64,000 nt of DNA from Halorutilales archaeon Cl-col2-1 (GTDB taxonomy: Archaea > Halobacteriota > Halobacteria > Halobacteriales > Afararchaeaceae): contig CP169074.1 of the NCBI GenBank assembly GCA_041891055.1, positions 96,001-160,000 on the forward strand, given 5' to 3'. Positions 60,109 through 64,000 of the stretch are shown here, piece by piece; within the stretch, counting starts at the first letter, position 1, and every line of letters starts with the position of its first letter. The position numbers and the translations under genes are program-made. The notes under the pieces are model-generated. The model did no database searches and was not told where the DNA came from. It worked only from the letters and a program-made list of their open reading frames with translations.

Positions 60109-63087
60109 ATGTCAGATATCCCCTCCGATCCCCGCGCCGACTATACCTATACTTCCAACTCTGACCCGGGCACACCCTCGTCTGTCGAGTCTATGAGAGA
60201 CGAGGTCGACTGCGAAGTGCGTCTCGATGACTTCTCACGAAGTCTCTACGCGACCGACGCGAGCATATACGAGAAGACACCTATAGCGGTCACCTTCCCC
60301 GAGTCGACCGAAGACGTCTCGGACATACTCGACTACTGTTCCCGTAACTCTATACCCGTTCTTCCGAGGGGAGGCGGAACCAGCCTCGCGGGACAGGCGG
60401 TCAACGAGGCGGTCGTCCTCGATTTCACGCGCCGCATGGACTCTGTCGTCGACGTAGACACCGAATCGCGGACCGCGACTGTCGAGGCGGGAGCCGTAGT
60501 CGAGGAACTCAACACGCGTCTCGAAGACCACGGTCTCAAGTTCGCGCCCGATCCCGCGTGGAGGGACAAAAGTACGGTAGGAGGCGCGATAGGCAACAAC
60601 AGTACAGGGTCGCACTCCCTCAAGTACGGAAAGACTGGAGCCTACATAGAGAGATGTGAGGTCGTACTCGCCGACGGTACTGTAACGACCTTCGGCGAGA
60701 TGAGCCTCGAAGAGCTACGTGAGATAGCCGACTCCGACGGCGGTCTCGAAGAACGTGTCTACGAAGAGGTCTTGCGTATTGTAGACGACGAGTCGGAGAC
60801 AGTTGAGGAGGCGTATCCTGATCTCAAGAGGAACGTCTCGGGATACAGCCTCGACCGTCTCGTTGAGGAAGCGCAACAAGGGAAGGTCAACCTCGCGCGT
60901 CTCCTCGCTGGAAGTGAGGGAACACTCGGTGTTGTTACGCGTGCGACCCTCTCACTCGAAGAGATTCCCGCCGAGAAGTCAGCCGCACTTCTTACCTACT
61001 CCGACCTATCCGACGCCCTCGAAGACGTCTCGGATGTACTCGACCACGACCCCGCCGCAGTCGAGGTTCTCGACGATGTCCTGATAGATCTCGCACGTGA
61101 CACAGACGAGTTCTCAGATGTGGTCGAGATGCTTCCCGACGGAACCTCGTCTGTACTCCTTACCGAGTTCTACGCCGAAGACGACTCCGAGGCGAGGCGC
61201 AAGGTCGAGTCGCTCGTCGACGACAGGCTGGGTAACCGCGCATTCGACCACCTCGAAGCCTACGACGACGACAGACGCGAGAGGTTCTGGAAGCTCAGAA
61301 AGAGCGGTCTGCCTATACTCCTGTCGCGCACGACCGACGAGAAACATATCAGCTTCATAGAGGACACCGCCGTCCGTCCCGAAGACCTACCCGAGTATGT
61401 CTCGGAGTTCGAGGAGATTCTCGAAGACCACGACACTTTCGCTAGCTTCTACGCCCACGCCGGACCTGGCTGTCTCCATATACGTCCTCTCGTGAACACC
61501 AAGACCGACAGCGGAGTCGAGAAGATGGAGTCGATAGCCGATGAAGTCACAGACCTCGTCGTCGAGTACAGCGGCTCGGTCTCGGGAGAACACGGCGACG
61601 GAAGGGCGAGGACACAGTGGAACTCGAAGCTCTACGGCGACGAAGTCTGGGAAATCTTCAGAGACCTCAAGTCCGCCTTCGACCCCGACTGGATACTCAA
61701 CCCTGGACAGGTCTGTGGCGACGTGAGTATGACCGATAGTCTCAGACACGGCTCCGACTACTCCCTCGATTCTGGTTCCGAATCCGACTCCGACGTCAAC
61801 TTCGATACCTCGCTCAACTGGGACAACGAAAACGGCTTCGAGGGGATGGTCGAGCTCTGCCACGGCTGTGGCGGATGCCGGGGTAAGCAGGAGACTACGG
61901 GCGGTGTGATGTGTCCGACCTACAGAGCGTCGGAGGAGGAGATAACTTCGACGCGCGGTAGGGCAAATCTCCTCAGACGTGCCATGTCGGGAGACCTCGA
62001 CGCCGACGCCTTCGACACCGAGTTCATGGCTGAGGTAATGGATCTGTGTATCGGCTGTAAGGGCTGTGCGACTGACTGTCCGAGCGGCGTCGACATGGCG
62101 AAGATGAAGGCGGAGATAGAGAACGAGTACCACGACAGACACGGTGCGTCGCTCAGGGAGAGAGTATTCGCGAACCCGGATAAGTTCCTCTCGCTCGGCA
62201 GCGCGTTCGCTCCCGTCTCGAACCTCGTCACACAGATTCCGGGAGCACGTTATCTCTTGGAGAAGACGGTCGGTATCGCACGCGAACGTCCCCTCCCAGA
62301 GTTCAAGAGAGAGATGTTCGAGGACAGATTCCCGTCGTCCCGTGTCTCCGAGTCGGAAGCCGAGATGAAGGCGGTTCTCGTCGTCGATCCCCAGACCAAC
62401 TACACAAAGCCCGAGGTAGGGATCGCGGCAGTCGACGTCCTTGAGTCGCTCGGTGTCCACGTCGACATACGTACCGATCCGACGGGACGTGCGGCGTACT
62501 CTCAGGGCTTCGTAGACGAGACCCGTGCGACCGCCGAGAAGAATGTCTCGGATCTCGGTACGCGTGTCTCGGAGGGATGGGACGTCGTCGCACTCGAACC
62601 CTCCGACGCAGTTATGTTACAGTCCGACTATCTAGATCTGATCGCGCGAGACGAAGCCGAAGTCAAAGCCGAAGTCGAGAGGGTCGCGTCTAACACGTAC
62701 GGATTCTTCGAGTACGTCGACACCGTTCTCGAAAGTCTCCCCGACAGCGGGGACTCTGCGTCTCAGAAACTCGTCTACCACGGACACTGCCACCAGAAGG
62801 CTGCGAAGAAGGATCACCACGCCGTGAACGTCCTCAGACAAGCCGGCTACGACATCGACGAACTCGACTCGGGATGCTGTGGTATGGCGGGAAGCTTCGG
62901 CTACGAGTCGGAGCACTACTCGATGAGTACCGCGATAGGTGAGATACTCTTCGACCAGATAGAGACGTCCAACGGCGACGTAGTCGTAGCACCCGGGGCG
63001 TCTTGCAGAACACAGCTCAAGGAGTACGACGGCGACGCCGAGGTCGTACATCCCGTCCTTGTGCTCTCCGAAGCCTTATTGAATTAG
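60109..63087 (+). CDS. FAD-linked and Fe-S oxidoreductase (GlcD/GlcF fusion; D-lactate/glycolate dehydrogenase-like)
   Basis: PRGGGTSLAGQ, GSEGTLG, SGEHGDG, two ferredoxin-type Cys clusters and CCG domains. Confidence 0.92.
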   Translation: MSDIPSDPRADYTYTSNSDPGTPSSVESMRDEVDCEVRLDDFSRSLYATDASIYEKTPIAVTFPESTEDVSDILDYCSRNSIPVLPRGGGTSLAGQAVNEAVVLDFTRRMDSVVDVDTESRTATVEAGAVVEELNTRLEDHGLKFAPDPAWRDKSTVGGAIGNNSTGSHSLKYGKTGAYIERCEVVLADGTVTTFGEMSLEELREIADSDGGLEERVYEEVLRIVDDESETVEEAYPDLKRNVSGYSLDRLVEEAQQGKVNLARLLAGSEGTLGVVTRATLSLEEIPAEKSAALLTYSDLSDALEDVSDVLDHDPAAVEVLDDVLIDLARDTDEFSDVVEMLPDGTSSVLLTEFYAEDDSEARRKVESLVDDRLGNRAFDHLEAYDDDRRERFWKLRKSGLPILLSRTTDEKHISFIEDTAVRPEDLPEYVSEFEEILEDHDTFASFYAHAGPGCLHIRPLVNTKTDSGVEKMESIADEVTDLVVEYSGSVSGEHGDGRARTQWNSKLYGDEVWEIFRDLKSAFDPDWILNPGQVCGDVSMTDSLRHGSDYSLDSGSESDSDVNFDTSLNWDNENGFEGMVELCHGCGGCRGKQETTGGVMCPTYRASEEEITSTRGRANLLRRAMSGDLDADAFDTEFMAEVMDLCIGCKGCATDCPSGVDMAKMKAEIENEYHDRHGASLRERVFANPDKFLSLGSAFAPVSNLVTQIPGARYLLEKTVGIARERPLPEFKREMFEDRFPSSRVSESEAEMKAVLVVDPQTNYTKPEVGIAAVDVLESLGVHVDIRTDPTGRAAYSQGFVDETRATAEKNVSDLGTRVSEGWDVVALEPSDAVMLQSDYLDLIARDEAEVKAEVERVASNTYGFFEYVDTVLESLPDSGDSASQKLVYHGHCHQKAAKKDHHAVNVLRQAGYDIDELDSGCCGMAGSFGYESEHYSMSTAIGEILFDQIETSNGDVVVAPGASCRTQLKEYDGDAEVVHPVLVLSEALLN

Positions 63088-63117
63088 ATTTATGGAGGCG
63101 TGACACGTACTCAGCCC

Positions 63118-63321
63118 ATGTCCTATATCGAGCGGCTCCGAGACAAACCCATAAACATCGCGTACGTAGGCGTCGCAGTCTTCTTCATAAACCACGTCTT
63201 TGAGGTCTTCCTGTCCGAGTACGTCTCGTACGCCCTAATGGGAATAGCACTCCTGCTGTTCGCGTACGGAGTCTACGGAAACATCAGCACGTCTTCCCCC
63301 AGAGACGACCCGTCGGCTTAG
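63118..63321 (+). CDS. Small two-TM hypothetical protein
   Basis: 67-aa ORF with two hydrophobic stretches. Confidence 0.6.
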   Translation: MSYIERLRDKPINIAYVGVAVFFINHVFEVFLSEYVSYALMGIALLLFAYGVYGNISTSSPRDDPSA

Positions 63322-63373
63322 ACGAGAACAGAAGCGAACTACTTAATCCACAGCGCGTCTATATACAGCGTCA

Positions 63374-64000
63374 GTGTTCCCCATAATTGTCCTCGCAGTC
63401 GCATTGGGGGTCGGCGGTGGGCTTCTCATAGCCTACTTTCTGAGTTACGTCTCTGCCTACTTCCAAGGCGCAGTCTACGGCTCTACCAACTCTGAGGGAC
63501 GGACTTGGCGAGGACGTGACCCAACAGGAAAGACCGAGGACGATCTCAGGGAGGAGTCTTACGAGAGGATAGAGAAGTTCCTCCGGAGACACGGCTACGA
63601 CTACGTCTCCGAGAAGGAGTTCGATGTCGAGGGTCAGACGGTGACAGCCCCCTACTACATACTCGACGACGAAATAGCCGTCTTCCTCGACGACTGGCAC
63701 GACGAGTACCTCGTGTCGAGCACGGGTGTCAGTACTGTACTCATAGGCTTATACGACACTGACCAGTACACTGCCCTTAGAAGAGCTCTCGGTATCGAGG
63801 AGGACTGGCGCGACGAGATTTACTTCGAGGAGGACGACGAGATCTCGGATCTCCGTGTCCTCGGGCTCGAACCCGATACCCAAGAAAGTCAAAGCCAGGA
63901 CAGTGACATGGATATAACCGCAGACGAGGTAAAGCAAGCCTACCGAGAGCGCATAAAGGAGACACATCCCGACCTCAACGACTCCGAGGACGCAGACGAG
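63374..64000 (+). CDS. Membrane-anchored J-domain (DnaJ-like) protein, truncated by the window edge
   Basis: Not in the ORF track. GTG start, MFPIIVLAVALGVGGGLLIAYFL TM segment, and a frame open to the edge ending EVKQAYRERIKETHPD. Confidence 0.8.
   Translation, partial: MFPIIVLAVALGVGGGLLIAYFLSYVSAYFQGAVYGSTNSEGRTWRGRDPTGKTEDDLREESYERIEKFLRRHGYDYVSEKEFDVEGQTVTAPYYILDDEIAVFLDDWHDEYLVSSTGVSTVLIGLYDTDQYTALRRALGIEEDWRDEIYFEEDDEISDLRVLGLEPDTQESQSQDSDMDITADEVKQAYRERIKETHPDLNDSEDADE

Overview
A gene-dense, mostly housekeeping region of a halophilic archaeon. The proteins are very acidic and include archaeal TFB, MCM, GatE, the AroA'/AroB' pathway and SAMP ubiquitin-like proteins. Heavy ATA/AGA codon use and apparent GGCC avoidance are unlike typical Halobacteriales, which suggests a deep-branching lineage (inference). 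Core content: gatCA, ribL, aroA'-aroB'-aroD, nadM, rpl10e, mcm, gatE, glnA, hisG, tpiA, mbf1, sepF, lsm-rpl37e-purF, tRNA-Leu(GAG), trpS, a leuA/cimA-ilvB-ilvN-ilvC-leuC-leuD operon, msrA, tfb and a GlcD/GlcF-type oxidoreductase. There are two IS200/IS605 (IS1341-type, TnpB-only) elements. Three real ORFs are missing from the supplied track: a >900-aa secreted S-layer-like protein, rpl37e and a J-domain protein. The best leads are: (1) a leuA/cimA gene with no in-frame start codon, behind a structured leader that suggests recoding, possibly a Leu-codon-dependent +1 frameshift; (2) a ThrC-like enzyme translationally coupled to a capped (GG-ST) sulfur-carrier protein, resembling the MetM/MetO homocysteine route; (3) a family of ~45-55-bp double-hairpin mini-elements inserted into IS605 ends and in frame into tnpB; (4) a DUF3365 c-type cytochrome lipoprotein facing a PQQ sugar dehydrogenase; (5) a B12 mutase with isobutyryl-CoA-mutase specificity residues. 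All calls come from reading the sequence by eye; no database searches were run.
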